NCBI RefSeq assembly: GCF_009914755.1
Contig: NC_060928.1
Reading direction: 5' to 3' (one strand)
DNA from: the human T2T-CHM13v2.0 reference genome, Homo sapiens
DNA length: 64,000 nucleotides
Position numbers and translations under genes: made by a program. Positions 41,123-54,709 of the stretch are shown in pieces. Every line of letters begins with the position of its first letter. Positions within the stretch are counted from its first letter, which is position 1. The notes beneath the pieces were generated by a model. That model was not told the DNA's origin and ran no database searches. It saw only the letters and a list, made by a program, of their open reading frames with translations.

Positions 41123-44100
41123 GTGGTGTGGTAACTTTTTTATGTATTCTCGTAGTGGACACCAATTATTTCTGCTGTGGTGCAACTCTCTTTCCCCTTT
41201 CTTCTATAAAATACTCACCTCCCCATGTACATGCTTACCACAGGGACATCCATGCAAGTGGAATACAATCCTCCTCCTTCAGCAGATAACTGACTGGTCC
41301 AAACGTAGGCACAGGACGTGAGCTGGGGCAATTTCAGTTCTTCCCTGGTACTTAGAACGTGGACCAATTAGTTTCTTAATCTCTTGGACTGGGTTGGGTG
41401 GATGTAGCTTTGTGAGCCACTGGTGACTCGGTTCTACCCTGTAAGCTTAGGCACAGTGAGAAGGGAAGATATCTATGCATTAAAGGAAGGTAAACATGGA
41501 GAACTTCCAGACAGCACTGGAGCCTCTGCTTTTCATTTTTCCTGAGATCTGTCTGCATGCAAGTTCTTGAGAGACATTACTTTCATCATAATAAAGTGCT
41601 CTTTGTGCTTAATCTTATTCTAATTGGGCTTCTATCTCTTGAATAAAAAGAGTTGTAATTGATACCATCATCTCGTTTCCTTCTCAAAACAATGATATGA
41701 AGTCATTACTCCTACTTTATAGATGAGGAAACTGAGTTTCAAAGAGGCTATATTATTTGCTAAAGAAAATAAAGGCACTAAGTAGTATTTCCTGGAACAA
41801 GGCTGAATGCATGTATATTATTATTATTATTATTAACTATTTGGTGTGAGATATAATCTGTGAGTTCAGGGCTCTCTGAGTTAAAGTGTTTATTTGTCCC
41901 ACCACACAGAAACTTTTCCTTATGTTTGGTTACTTTGGGTTTGCATGTATTCTTTCAAAGTGCTTCATGCTGTCTTTGAAGAAGAGCCGACAGGTTCTGT
42001 GACCTTGAGCAAAGCTCAGACGCCCTATATCCTAGTTCTCATCAAAAGAGCAGAGCTGAACTTGCTAATCAATTTTCTGAGACTCCTCCGAGGTAATGCT
42101 GATGATCTTGGTTGCCAAGAACTTTAATAGTAAGAAGCACCCTGTGAGCAATTAAAAATAATAACAGGCCAAGGAAGATATTCCTGGGAAGCGCTGCAGG
42201 TGAGAAGTGACCAAAACCTAGGCAGTCAGATGGATGATGGCTCTGTGATTCTCACGAACAAAGCCTTTCCTCTGACATCACACATATGGAGAGGCACATA
42301 ATGACACTATAGATGGATCAATGGGTCCGCTTGGAGGTCTTACTGATCTCTTCAGGTAGATTCCCGCAGCAATTAATCGAGCATTAAAAGGTATGCTAAT
42401 GTTTCTGTTTCCTTTTGGAATATGAGAAAAAAAAAAGAGAAAAAATATCATTTTAGAATAAAAGGAGAGAAATCAGCTAGTGCCTTTTAAATTTTGCATT
42501 GTTTAATTGTATTAAACACCTTTTAATAGGTTATATTTTAAGTAATGTAGAGGCAGGTGAGAGTAAAGGATACCAAAAAGTTGAAATAACATATAACTAG
42601 ATTTGCATTCCAGATCTGCAAATTATTCAATAAGGGACCTTTAGCAAATTGCTCAACCTGTCTAATCCTCAGTTTGTTTATCTATAAAAATGGGGTTAAT
42701 TTTTTTTTCTGGCGGGGTTGTTATAGTGAGATTCCATTTCATGAGCTAATGTGTAAAATTCCCTTAGCAACTACCTGACCCATAGTAGCTCCTTAACCAA
42801 TGGTAACAATTATTATTATTACAAAATGTGCACTCTTAAAAACGTATCTATTATCTCCAAGTTATTCTCCTTGTTATTAAAAAAATGCCATTCCAAGACT
42901 TGTTATTTTTCTATCCCCCCCCACAAATTATAGCAGACTATTTCCCCATATTTCTGTGTTTCTCTTCCTTTTTGAGGAACTTCTGGATGTGTGTTATAAC
43001 ATTGGTCCTCTGGCTTTTTCTAGTGTGAATTGCACTGAGGAGAAAGCAGCACCTCCATTCATTATTTCCCTGTGGGAGGTGACCAGATTAGGTGAAAAGT
43101 CAAATCATTGACAGTGGAAACTGCTATCAAGTAACTGGGAATTGTTCTGCCACTTGAATCTTTGTATATGTTTGGGATTCAATGACATTCAAATAGTTAA
43201 AATTTTCTTGTATCATAGGAATTTTTATTATATTCATAACATTTATGCCACTCCTCAATACTTAAGAGCCAATGGGCAATTTTGGCTTCATATGTAGATG
43301 CACACAAATGGATACCTCTCCAGTCTAAGTGCTTTCATGGAGATGAGGAAGGATGGGGAGCCAGGGGCCATTGCTCCGATGGCTGATACTGCCCCCATCA
43401 CCTAAATTATCTTGAAAGGGGATCCGAGCGGTGCTCAACCTGTTTCTCATACCTACCCAGCACATGTGTGCTTTTAGCCTGGCTTATGATCCTTCCTCCA
43501 CCTGGAATGCCATGCTCTTTGCTTTCTTCCTGGCCCACTTTTGTTTGAAGTAGATGGGCTTGCTTGAAGTCAGAGAAAACATAGGTTTGAGACCCTGGTT
43601 CTGCCCATAATGAGCCCAAAACTTTAGGGAAAATTCTGAAACAGGCAACCACCTCAGTCATCTAATCTCTAAAATGGGGATAATAAGAACATTGATCTTC
43701 TAAAGAGTGGTGAAAAATGAGCAAAATAATGCTTATGATGCCTAAAAAAAGTCTGGCACATTTCCTAAGGATTCTGTAAATGATTGACTAATTTTTTTGG
43801 GGGGTGGAGGTGCTGTGAATTCTCTGAGGGCTAGAGCTTTGTCTTTTTTTTATAATTATATCTTCAGCTCTAAGCACCATGACTGTTACATAGTAGTGTT
43901 ATACACATATTTGTTGAATTTGGTTCTATCATGGAAAGGCTAGATAATGAATAATGAGAAATAAATGACTAAATGGTTGGGAGGCATATTTTCTTTCCCT
44001 GAAGAAATATACCCCCCCACACACACACAAAAAATGCAGCCTTCTGAAAAGTTTCTGAGCCAGTCCAACTTTCCAGGCAGATCCATGCCTGAGTTAGCAC

Positions 44101-44892
44101 AGCGGTAGATGATTGCAGAGAAGGTTTGTTAATGACCAGCTTTCAGCTTTTAATGACAAAACCCCTCAGCAAGATGTCATCGAAGTTATTGAAGACTTCA
44201 CTGAAAGTGTTGAAGCTGATACATTGTAACAAGAAGGTTATAAATCTTGCAGCTTGGATATACCACCAAGACAAGATGCTGAGCACAGAATCACCCTGCT
44301 GTTGTCTGTCAGCATTCTCCCTCCCTCTACGTCTTTCCCTTCCCACGGAGAGCAGGTAAAGGAGAAATACATCTATTTCCCAAAGTAGTGCAGACCTGGC
44401 AGCCACCTGCCTATGCCAATTTCAGATCACAGAGGTCCATTTAACTGGACAAAATGTGTTAAGCGCCTGTGTTTTTCTAAATGTGCATTAGAAAAAAATC
44501 CTAAGCATTAGGGAAAGATTTCAAAGGTTAATACGGTGACCTTTTAGAAACACCAGCCAATTAAAAATCTATTGCAAGCTCAGAATAGAGACCCAAATAC
44601 CTGAATATAGATTCTCACTGTGTATCTATTGTTTTATTGCTTCTCAGAGGACATCTTTGTCACCTTGGCCCCTAGGAAGCAGTTCATGTCATAACTCCTG
44701 TTAAATATAACTGTGTGGCTTTGGGGCCACGTGGGGTGGGATTTGGATTGACTCAATACTGCTAACCAGGCTGCTCCTGGCTGCACTGGATGGCTGCTAG
44801 CCACAAGGGGCCAGGTCAGAACACAGAGGAAGAATGAGGTTGAAGGCTGGGCATGAGAATGGCTAGTGGGTGCTAGTATATAGAGTGTGCAA

Positions 44893-45735
44893 TTTTTGTT
44901 TTTTAATTTTTAATTGACAAAAATTGTATCTTTATTGTGTACAACATGTTATGAAACATGTATACAATCTAAAATGCCTTAAACACATGCATTACCTGAC
45001 ATATTAGCATTTTTTTTTGTGGTGGGAATGCTTACCATCTACTCTTTTGGTAATTTAAAAGAATATAACAGATTGTTATTAATTATAGTCACCATGTTGT
45101 ACAATAAATCTCTTGAATTTTTGGCTCCTATCCAACTGAAATGTTGTCTCTTTTGAAACAGCATCTCCTGAGTTCCCCAGCCCCATAAACGAGATCATTT
45201 ATGTCTACATATGCTCTGAATGCCTTAAAATGTTAGATGTTATTCTCACCATCTACTCTCTGCCTCTTTGAGATCCACTTTTTTAGATTCCGCATATAAG
45301 TGAGAGCATGTGGTATTTGTCTTTCTGTGCCTGGTTTCTTTCACTTAACATAATGTCCTATAGGTTCATCTTTATTGTTGCAAATGACAGGATTTTATTC
45401 TTTTTAAGGTCCAATTGTAGGACCATGCTGTTTTGGTTACTGTAGCCTTGTAGCATAGTTTAAAGTTGGGTAATGTGATTTCTCCAGCTTCACTCTTTTT
45501 GCTTAAGATTGCTTTGGCTACTCGGGCTCTTTTTTGATTACATATGAATTTTAGAATAATATTTTTCTAAATCTGTGAAAAATGACACTGTATTCCCCAT
45601 TTTCTTTATCCATTCATCCACTGTGGACACGTAGGTTGATCCCACATCCTGGCTATTGTGAATAATGGTGCAGTGAACACGGGAATGCAGATATCTCTTT
45701 GACATACTGATTTCATTTCCTTTGGATACATGGTA
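44893..45735 (-). mobile_element. L1MA-like 3' end carrying two internal insertions
   Basis: ttaattatagtcaccatgttgtacaata ... tttagattccgcatataagtgag ... gcagatatctctttgacatactgatttc. Confidence 0.85.
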
Positions 45736-45974
45736 GTTTTATTTGTGGAATTTGAAAAGTCATGAAGAAAATAATTTCTTATGTTTGTGTCCCACTAGTC
45801 TACATATGTAGACCACACTTAGACTCAGCCAGGGTTTACAGAGTTAACCTTAAAAAGGGATATGCCAGATGCCCTTCTCATTTATTTCCCCCTGCTACTT
45901 CCACTCATGGCGTACTTGTCATTTGCCCTTCCTTCCCACTGGGAAGCATGGAAGAGTAGAATGCATCGAAGTAG

Positions 45975-46170
45975 AAAGTCTGCAGGCTTTGGAGAGGAAA
46001 GATGAACAGAGTTCTGTGCTCTAGTGGTGTGTCTTTGGGTAAGTCATCATTGGTACTCTCTAAATGTCAATTTCCTTATCTGTAAAATGGGACTAATGCT
46101 AACTGCTGTTCTGCCTAATCCAAGGTCAGTTGTGAAAATAAAATGAGATCATTTATATCTACATATGCTC
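45975..46170. mobile_element. MIR
   Basis: ttgggtaagtca ... tttccttatctgtaaaatggga ... aaatgagat. Confidence 0.7.
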
Positions 46171-46970
46171 TGAACACCTTAGACTGTTAGATGTTATTCT
46201 CATATTTGATATACGTACTTTATGCTTCTGTTTAAGGACATTCATCACTCTGGTCAAAATACATTATCTGGACCTCAACATTCTCCACTGCCAAGGAAAG
46301 GGGTTGGTGCTCATTATTTGGGTCTTTTCAAAGTCTAGATTCTCAGATTTTATCAATTTATTTTCCTGCACATTTCTATACTGCTGTGTAACATTGTGAC
46401 CAATTTAAGGGTTTTTAGAGAACATGTACTATGACCAAGTGATTAATATAGTGCTTAATAAAGCCAGAATAACACACATACACAAACACATTCACACATA
46501 CACAGAAATATGTATACATATATGCATATACTCTGTATGTCTCTATCTGGCTACCTATCTATGTAAGTTTATGTAAGTTTTTTGATGAGCTACTTTACCA
46601 CACTTGTCTGGTGAGGCATATATTGATGTGGTCAGAAACCTAAACCATTTATGAGGCACATTCTCTTAGAAACATAGAACCTGGCATACCTGCTTCACAA
46701 GAACAGGTTTCATGGAGTTGCCCATGTGAGAAGCAGCTTGATCACACATCAGAGAATCTTTCCTTGTGCGTTTTAACTGGAAACCATTATCTTCTCTGTC
46801 TGTAGTATTCCAATATCTATGCTGTGCCCCAACTGATGGACATCACTTTGGGCTTTTTAACTCAGTTTCCACTACTCTGAAGTGATACTTAAGGTCTCCC
46901 ACCATCTCAGGTCCAGTGAATTTTAAGGATACAATAAAGCCTTTAAAAAAATCAGATGATTTCAAACTAA

Positions 46971-47304
<334 letters not shown>

Positions 47305-50300
47305 GTAACCTTTCTTTTTTTCATGAAAATGTATAGTGTAACAGTAAGCAGAAGCTCAGTTTTTATTTTCCACAACTGTGAAGACCAATGAGGAAAAGAA
47401 TTGTTATTTATCTGAAAAAAGTTAGCCTTTCCAATATGAAGAGTTGGCTGAATGGAAACTAGAAAAAGGGGAAGGGGGAGAAAAGAAAAAATTCAATAAT
47501 GATTTTTTATTATTTATTGATTTATCTATTTTTTTCTATTCCCTAGATAGCTTCAGGGAGGATTCAGTAATGATTTTTAAAAACTGTTCCAAGAGAGAGC
47601 CATGTTGGAATATTTTAGTGATTAGGGGGCTACTGGAATTGAAGCAAGGTGAGTATCTCAGGTTTCCCCCAGAGTGTAGATGAGGTGGTCCTCAAGCATC
47701 TGTCTACATTAGCTCTTATTCCCTGATCTCCAGAATAACCTGGTTACTATCTGCCTCTTAGTCATCTTGGGAGCGAAAAATCACTGCCTTTGAATGAAGC
47801 CAGTAGAGTTCCACTTTAGTGTGATTCACAGGCGTTGCCTGGATGACTGTGTTAAGGATTCTGTTGGATAGCTATGGGCTCATGGAAAGAATCAAAGGAA
47901 GTAGATGGTCAAATGCTATCTATTTCTGCTCATGAAACTTAACATGAGTTTTCCCATGCTTGGAAAGAGATATTCCTCATTGTAAATTAATACGTTGACA
48001 TTAGGTTTTGTAAATAAAAATCTTGTTCATTAGTAGGGATTAGCTCTCGGTGCAGTGAAAAAAAAATGAAATGGTGGATTTGCAGTGCGACCTTAGGCGG
48101 TGCTGATCTCACCGGTTCTATAACCTTCCTCTCTGTAGTCTTCTCATCTTACCTTTTTATAGCTTCAATGTTGCTTATATTGGTCAGTTGCTCTACAGTG
48201 ATATAAATGTTGTTTCTGCCAACTTTCACAGACTCCTAATTCTGTGAATTACTGGTTCACTACCTCCTATCTTATTTTTTTCAATAATGAGCCTGATACT
48301 ATGTAGACAAAAATCAGCAATATTATGATTGAAAACATTAAAAATTGATGCCATGACCACTGCATAGGCTTCTAACTACAGCATTGTAGCAAATACTTGT
48401 TGAATAAGACAATTGAATATATGGAACTTGAGAGATACTTTGATTCTTGAAGATGATATCCATGATAATCTTTGGGAAAAAAAAGAGCATTTTCAGGAGA
48501 AAATGAAAGTTATTAAAAGGTAAAAGAACTCATAGGCAGAAGAAGTGTACCTAAAGATTTTATTCACCATTTTTAAAGACAAAATTCTCACCAGAAAAAA
48601 TTTTGGAGTTTTGAGCTATATACTCAGCATTCCGTAAGTGCTCAGTAAATGTTTAATAACTGAAAGGAGATTGAGCCTAGATTAGCAGAAAAACTGAATT
48701 ACTTACTTCTGGGAATTTCAATGAAATATTAGACTTATGCCACCATTGTGCTTTTTTGATTTCTAAAGAAGTGGCAGATTATTTATTCTATTATAAACAA
48801 TTTGTATGTATTAGAATATGCATGAACACTAATTATATCCTTTTGATATTAAACTTCTGTTTGGGACAACAATAATTTAAATATATGCTAGAGTTTTAAA
48901 GCTCTCATGTATAAATTCTCTTAAGCGCTCCATGCTTCAGTTTCTTTAATTGAAAATAAAAGGGCTGAACTAGCTGATCTTTTGGGATACTGCCAGCCTA
49001 AGAATTTTGTGACCTTCTAGATAGTCGTTCTGCAGAAGTATGTCACGGATCACATTTTATTAGAACTCTTGATAATTTCGTAGGCTATAAAATTTAGTCC
49101 AAGGAATTATAATTAATGGTCTTTTTTTATACAAAAAAAAAGCCTCTCTTCATTCTTCTTATCCAGCTACCTAATTTGAAATTTAACACCTTTCTTATAT
49201 GGACATAAAATTAGACCTTGCTTTTCAATGCGCTGTTTCTATTGATATTGATTGAGGTTCCAGGTAACATTTTCTTGACCTTCAATCTGAGTGTTTCCTC
49301 TTCTATTCATTCACATTGAAAATGAACCTCACCTTTCTTTGCTTGAGAAAGTTTTCCCTTGGAATTCATAGAGTCAGAAGGGCACTTCAGACTCAAGTTT
49401 AACAAAGTTACTGTAGAGAGCATAAAATCTCAGAGAGGAAACTGGATGTGCCAACTCATTTCAAAGCATTAGTGTAAAATCCCCAGCTGAAGAACTTCAC
49501 AGCAGCTACAATCACCAGCAGTAAAATCACCTTTCAAAACACAATTATGGCAAGAGGCATCTAATCTATTAAATTTTAAGATAGTTAAGTATGAGTTTTT
49601 GAACTTTGCCATAAATGCATAATTTAATTCAATTAGATAGCGTAGTAATTTTAACTTTACGTATATTTAACTTGAACACTAAACCTTTGTTTCTGGGTAA
49701 GATCCTGAATTAGAAGGAGGGATTATATTGCGGCGTTTTCAGAATTACAGTCTCATCATAAGTCTGTGCAGAGACTTCATATAGGCAAGTCTGTTTTTCT
49801 ATTCTGACTTCTGAGCGTAGAGCTTATTCCAATCAGTACTGCTTTTACCTCAAGTTACTGTTTAGGTAGCATTTTCTTCAATACAATGAAAATATCACTC
49901 TGGTGCTAGAGATGAAAATAGTTTCTTTTAGAAAGTAATTCTTAAAGTTTATCTGAAAAGGCTATGTGCAGAGATGGGGGAGGGAGGCCCGTCTCATTCA
50001 GTAGGGTCATCTCATCAACAGCAAAGTCTCCTGTGTGTTGAGATTAGCTAATGAAACAGTATCATGGCCTGAGATTAGTTTGTGTTATCCTAAAGCTCGG
50101 CCACATTTCCCCCCTTGTTTGTGAAAGTCTGTTATAGGAATCACTGTCTGCTTTAAAAATAAGTGAAACTATTGTGGATGGAGGAAGAAAAGGCATTTGA
50201 ACCCTGAAGAATTTTAATTGGTGCTGGTGAGTGAAGGTGAACAAGAAGCCATCGATGATTCAGGTGAAAACATTAATGAGTGCGGACTAAACAGATAATA

Positions 50301-50902
50301 GGAGTAGGGTAGGAGGAAGAATGTTTGACATTTGCTGATGAAATAACCTTTTTTACTCTCCTGGCAACAAGTGGAATTCATTTCTTTGATATTTAGACAC
50401 AGCTCAAAGTCTTAAATAATTTTAAACGACCATATTCTTTTATGAGTCAGAGTCAAGTCAAATATGTTTTGTAGATGAAAATCAGAATAATAAAAAATTA
50501 GATCAGCACATAAAATATGAGTAAATGAGTCTATTGTAAGGTATACATTTATTAGTAGATCATTTTTATGTGGTTGAGGCTCTGTGGGTTTAGTCCCTTA
50601 AAACATTTTTTTTCCCCAAAGATGTTCAGGATATGTTCTTGATACTTTGAATGAGCAGTTGGCCTTAAAAAACAAAAAAAAGGAAGCTTCAAAAATATTT
50701 CATGGCCAAAGTTTGCTGCCCTCATGAATAGATGGTAACAATGACAAGAATAGTTCAGAAAAATCTTTTAGCACTCCTAGAAAAACAAATAGCCTGACCC
50801 ATTGATTGTGTACAAATTTTGTACAGACAGGCAGATAACTTTATGAATACTCTTATGCCACAAGGATTTGCTTGTTTGACATACTGAAAGAGCATATTCT
50901 TT

Positions 50903-51246
50903 GATTGATTGATTGATTGACTTAGATAGATTCAGGGGGGTACATGTGCAGGATGTACATAGATATATTGTATAATGGCGAGGTTTAGGCTTCTTGTATA
51001 CCTGTCAACCAAATAGTGAACATTATACCCAATAGGTAATTTTCAACCCTCATCCATCCTCCAACTCTCCCCACTTTTGGAATGTCTAGTGTCTATTTAA
51101 TTTCCTTCTTTGTGTCCATGTGTACCATTGTTTAGCTTCCACTTATAAGTAAAAGCATACAGCATTTAATTTTCTGTTTCTGAGTGATTTCTCTTAGGAT
51201 AATGACCTCCAGCTTCATCTATGTTGCTGCAAAAGACATGATTTCA
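50903..51246 (-). mobile_element. Older L1PA/L1PB 3' end with (TGAT)n tail
   Basis: 17-bp TSD gaaagag(c/t)atattcttt at 50886-50902 and 51247-51263. Confidence 0.88.
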
Positions 51247-53286
51247 GAAAGAGTATATTCTTTAAAGACAGATCCATTTTCAGAATCTGGTTCTGATACT
51301 CTTTCAGCTTGTGAGCCTTGGGCAAGTTATGAATATCAGTTCATCATCTCTGAAAACTTATTTTTGGTGCAGATTAATGGCATACTTCATATCCTAGAGA
51401 AATGCCTACCACATAAATCCTCCAAATGATAACTATTGCAGTGAATTATTTATTACCAGCATCTAGTAACCAGGATTTTGGAAAAACTGCGACTTCCTGC
51501 ATAGTCATCAAGCATTGATAATTTATGCTTCTCTTGATGACCCCAGAATGCATTCTGAATAATTAGAGAAAGATTAAATTATAATCAGTTTAGTTTCAGT
51601 GTTAAGTGTATTTTAATTTATTCTCATTCTTTAAAAATTTGTAATCTTTTTGCATGTGGCAACAATTAACAAAAAACATTTGATTAGCTGGGGCACCACA
51701 TTCCCTGACTATCAAGCTAATAAAGAGTTTATTGCAGGTTGTTGAAACTCAAACTTTTCCCTGTGCATAAACTGGGCATTTGCTGGATGGAGTCTCTTCA
51801 CGCCAGTCTTCTATCCTTTCTCAGAGCCAGTGTGTTGACTGTTGGATATCTTAGATTTAATCTTTATATATCCTTGAACAACACTCTTGGAACCTATACC
51901 AGACACTTCTTGTGTATTATTTTGACGCAGGGTCCTAGTCCTGGTCATCACTTCTGATTTGGTGCAGATGAGGACCTAAGTCTTCTATTTCTGAGGTTGT
52001 CTGTTCTTTTCCTATGTATTTCTAGAGATGAACATCTCAGCTGACTTTAGTAACCAATCTATCTTGGTGTTTGATCAACCTCTGCTCTTACCCAATCATG
52101 TTTTGGACTTGTTCTCACTAGGCTTTTTAGGCTATATAACCTTCCTGATGAAAACTTCACTATGCATTTTATCATTTTTGTGGTTCTTTGAACTTTCCAG
52201 TTTTTTTTCCATTTGTCTTTTTTCCCCCAACACACCAATGTCATATGTTGCTGTAAAAAGTGCCTTAACACCTGATTTGTGTTAAAAGGCATCTCTTCAA
52301 AAATTCATTCATATTATTGTTCTTTTGTGATCTTGATTATGGTACATTTTCAGGCAAGCAGATTGATTTTTGTCATTTGATCGATCAACATAGGACATAG
52401 GATTCATCAGTTCCTTTTCGTCTCCCTTATTCTGCCTTCCTTTACATATCTGCCCTACCCCAAAGCCTCTCTTTGCAACCTGACACTCTCCTTTTTCATA
52501 GTGTCCTTCACATCCCAGCTGACATCCCCAATACTTACTCAGTGAATGAAGTAAGGCAGAGACTGCTTGTTTCCCTTAAAGGGAGAGTGAGGCCAAGGGG
52601 AAAAACAGCTGATAAAGAAATAATTTTTCACTGTAAGCCCAGGCAACTCTTGGGCCTGGTGTAAGGGGAAGATTGATTAGGATTCTCTTGTTAAAATGTA
52701 GAAGCCTTCTTTGGTCATGTGTGGGTGGGTGTCCGGTGAGAATCGGAAGCCTGGGTGTCTAGCCAGGAAGCAACAATTAGCATTCTACTCTAATTCTGTG
52801 ATTTCTCTGATATGGAGCTCACTGGGTAGCTGCATTTCAGTTGGTCAGTCAGGTTGCCTGTTACTGCTACTGTGCGTAATTTCTCCCCAAAGTGATATTT
52901 TTCATTATATAGACAAACATTAAAAGTCAGCAACTCAGTAGTAAAGCAGTCACTGTTCCTCTAGCTGTGGCACACCTCTATTTAGCTACTGCAAATACGT
53001 TTAATATTTGGCAAACCATATGTATATTATTGGGCTATTTTGAATTTTCTGGGAACTATGATTTTGAGCTTTGCTGTGTTTGAATGATCAATTGCAATGC
53101 TTTGTTGAATAGACTTCTTTACAAAATGTTACATTTTCATAAATATAGCATAAGATCACCTGGTAAACAAATGAATTTGTGTTAATAGAAAGTGTGAAAA
53201 TTTCAGAACATTCACAGAATGGAAGTTAAAGTAGCTACACTATCTTTATGTATAGATAGATTGTTGGTCACAGGAATGACATATTA

Positions 53287-53600
53287 GGCTGGGTGTGGTG
53301 TCTCGTGCCTTTAATCCCAGCACTTTGGGAGGCTGAGGCGGCAGGGGTGGGGGGACGGGGGGAACGCTTGAGGGCAGGAGTTTGAGACCAGCCTAGCCAA
53401 CATGGTGAAACCCTGTCTCTACTAAAAATACAAAAAAATTTCCCGGGCGTAGTGGTATGCACCGGTAATCCCAGCTGATTTGAAGGTTGAGGCATGAGAA
53501 TTGCTTAAACCTGGGAGACAGAGGTTGCAGTGAGCCAAGATCACACCACTCCACTCCAGCCCAGACAACAGAGTGAGACTCTGTCTCAAAAAAAAAAAAA
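53287..53600 (+). mobile_element. AluS with a G-rich insertion in the left arm
   Basis: Full dimer; extra gcaggggtggggggacgg at about 53341-53358. Confidence 0.93.
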
Positions 53601-53631
53601 GGAAAAAATTGCCATATTAATACATGTGTTG

Positions 53632-53840
53632 CAAAGAAGGAGACAACAGTCACTGGGGTCTGCTTGAGAAGAGAGTGGGGGAAGGAGGGAGAGGAGCAGA
53701 AAAGATAACTATTGGGTACTGTGCTTAATACCTGGGTGATGTTATGTGTACAGCAAACCTCCGTGACACGTGTTTATCTGTGTAACAAACCTTCAGATGT
53801 ACCCCCAAACCTGAAATAAAAATTTAAAAAAGAAGAAAAT
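53632..53840 (+). mobile_element. Older L1PA 3' UTR fragment
   Basis: agcagaaaagataactattgggtac..cttaatacctgggtgatg ... tgtaacaaacct..aaataaaa. Confidence 0.85.
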
Positions 53841-54098
53841 CATTTCCATGGGATTCCAAATAAACTAGCTCATGGAGTATGGAAAAAAAAATGTGTGTTG
53901 GATGGTAGTTGAAGGCCATTTATATATCATATTCTTTAAATTTTGACATTTCGAATGCTGGATTCTCATGAATTTGGGTAACGACATTCACTCTAAATAA
54001 TTTAGTGCTCTCTTTTATTTTAAGGGATATTTTATTTTATTAAGAAAATGTTCTTCCTGTATTTCTATCTTAAAAATATTTTTTGGTTAACACAAACA

Positions 54099-54709
54099 CA
54101 GTAGTTTCCCTTTAACCATGGTTTCACTTCCTGTGGTTTCAGTTACCTGAGGTCAACCGCTATGCAAAAATAATCAGTGGAAAATTCCAGAAATAAGCAA
54201 TTCATAAGTTTTAAATTGTTCACCATTTTGAGTAGCTTGATGAAATCTCACAAAGTCCCCCTCCCTCCTCCTGGGACATGAATCCTCCTTCTATCCAGCA
54301 TATCCCTGTTGTCAACACTACCTGCCCGTGAATCAGTTAGGAGTCACCTGGGTTATCAGATCTGCTGTTGCAGTATCACAGCGCTTGTGTTGGGTTGATA
54401 CCCTTTTTTTTACTTAATAATGGCCCCAAAGTGCAAGTGTGTGATTCCGGCAATTTGGATATTCCAAAGAAAAGCATAAAGTCCTTCCTTTAAGGGAAAA
54501 GTGAAAGTTCTCAAATTAGTAAGGAAAGAAAAAAAATTGTATGCTGACATTGCTCAGATCTATGGTAAGAATGAATCTTCTATCTGTGAAATTGTGAAGA
54601 AGGAAAAAGAAATTCATTTATAGTGTATATATGTTTTGGTACTATCCGTGGTTTTAGGCATTCACTGGGGGTCTTGGAACGTATCCCCTGTGGCTAAGGG
54701 GAACTACTG
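54099..54709. mobile_element. MER44-type Tigger DNA transposon
   Basis: TIRs cagtagtttccctt / aaggggaactactg followed by TA; internal ggaaaattccagaaataa. Confidence 0.85.

Noticed and set aside
48080-48108. REST/CTCF-like motif gcgaccttaggcggtgctga
   Set aside because: Only a REST half site and a poor CTCF core match.
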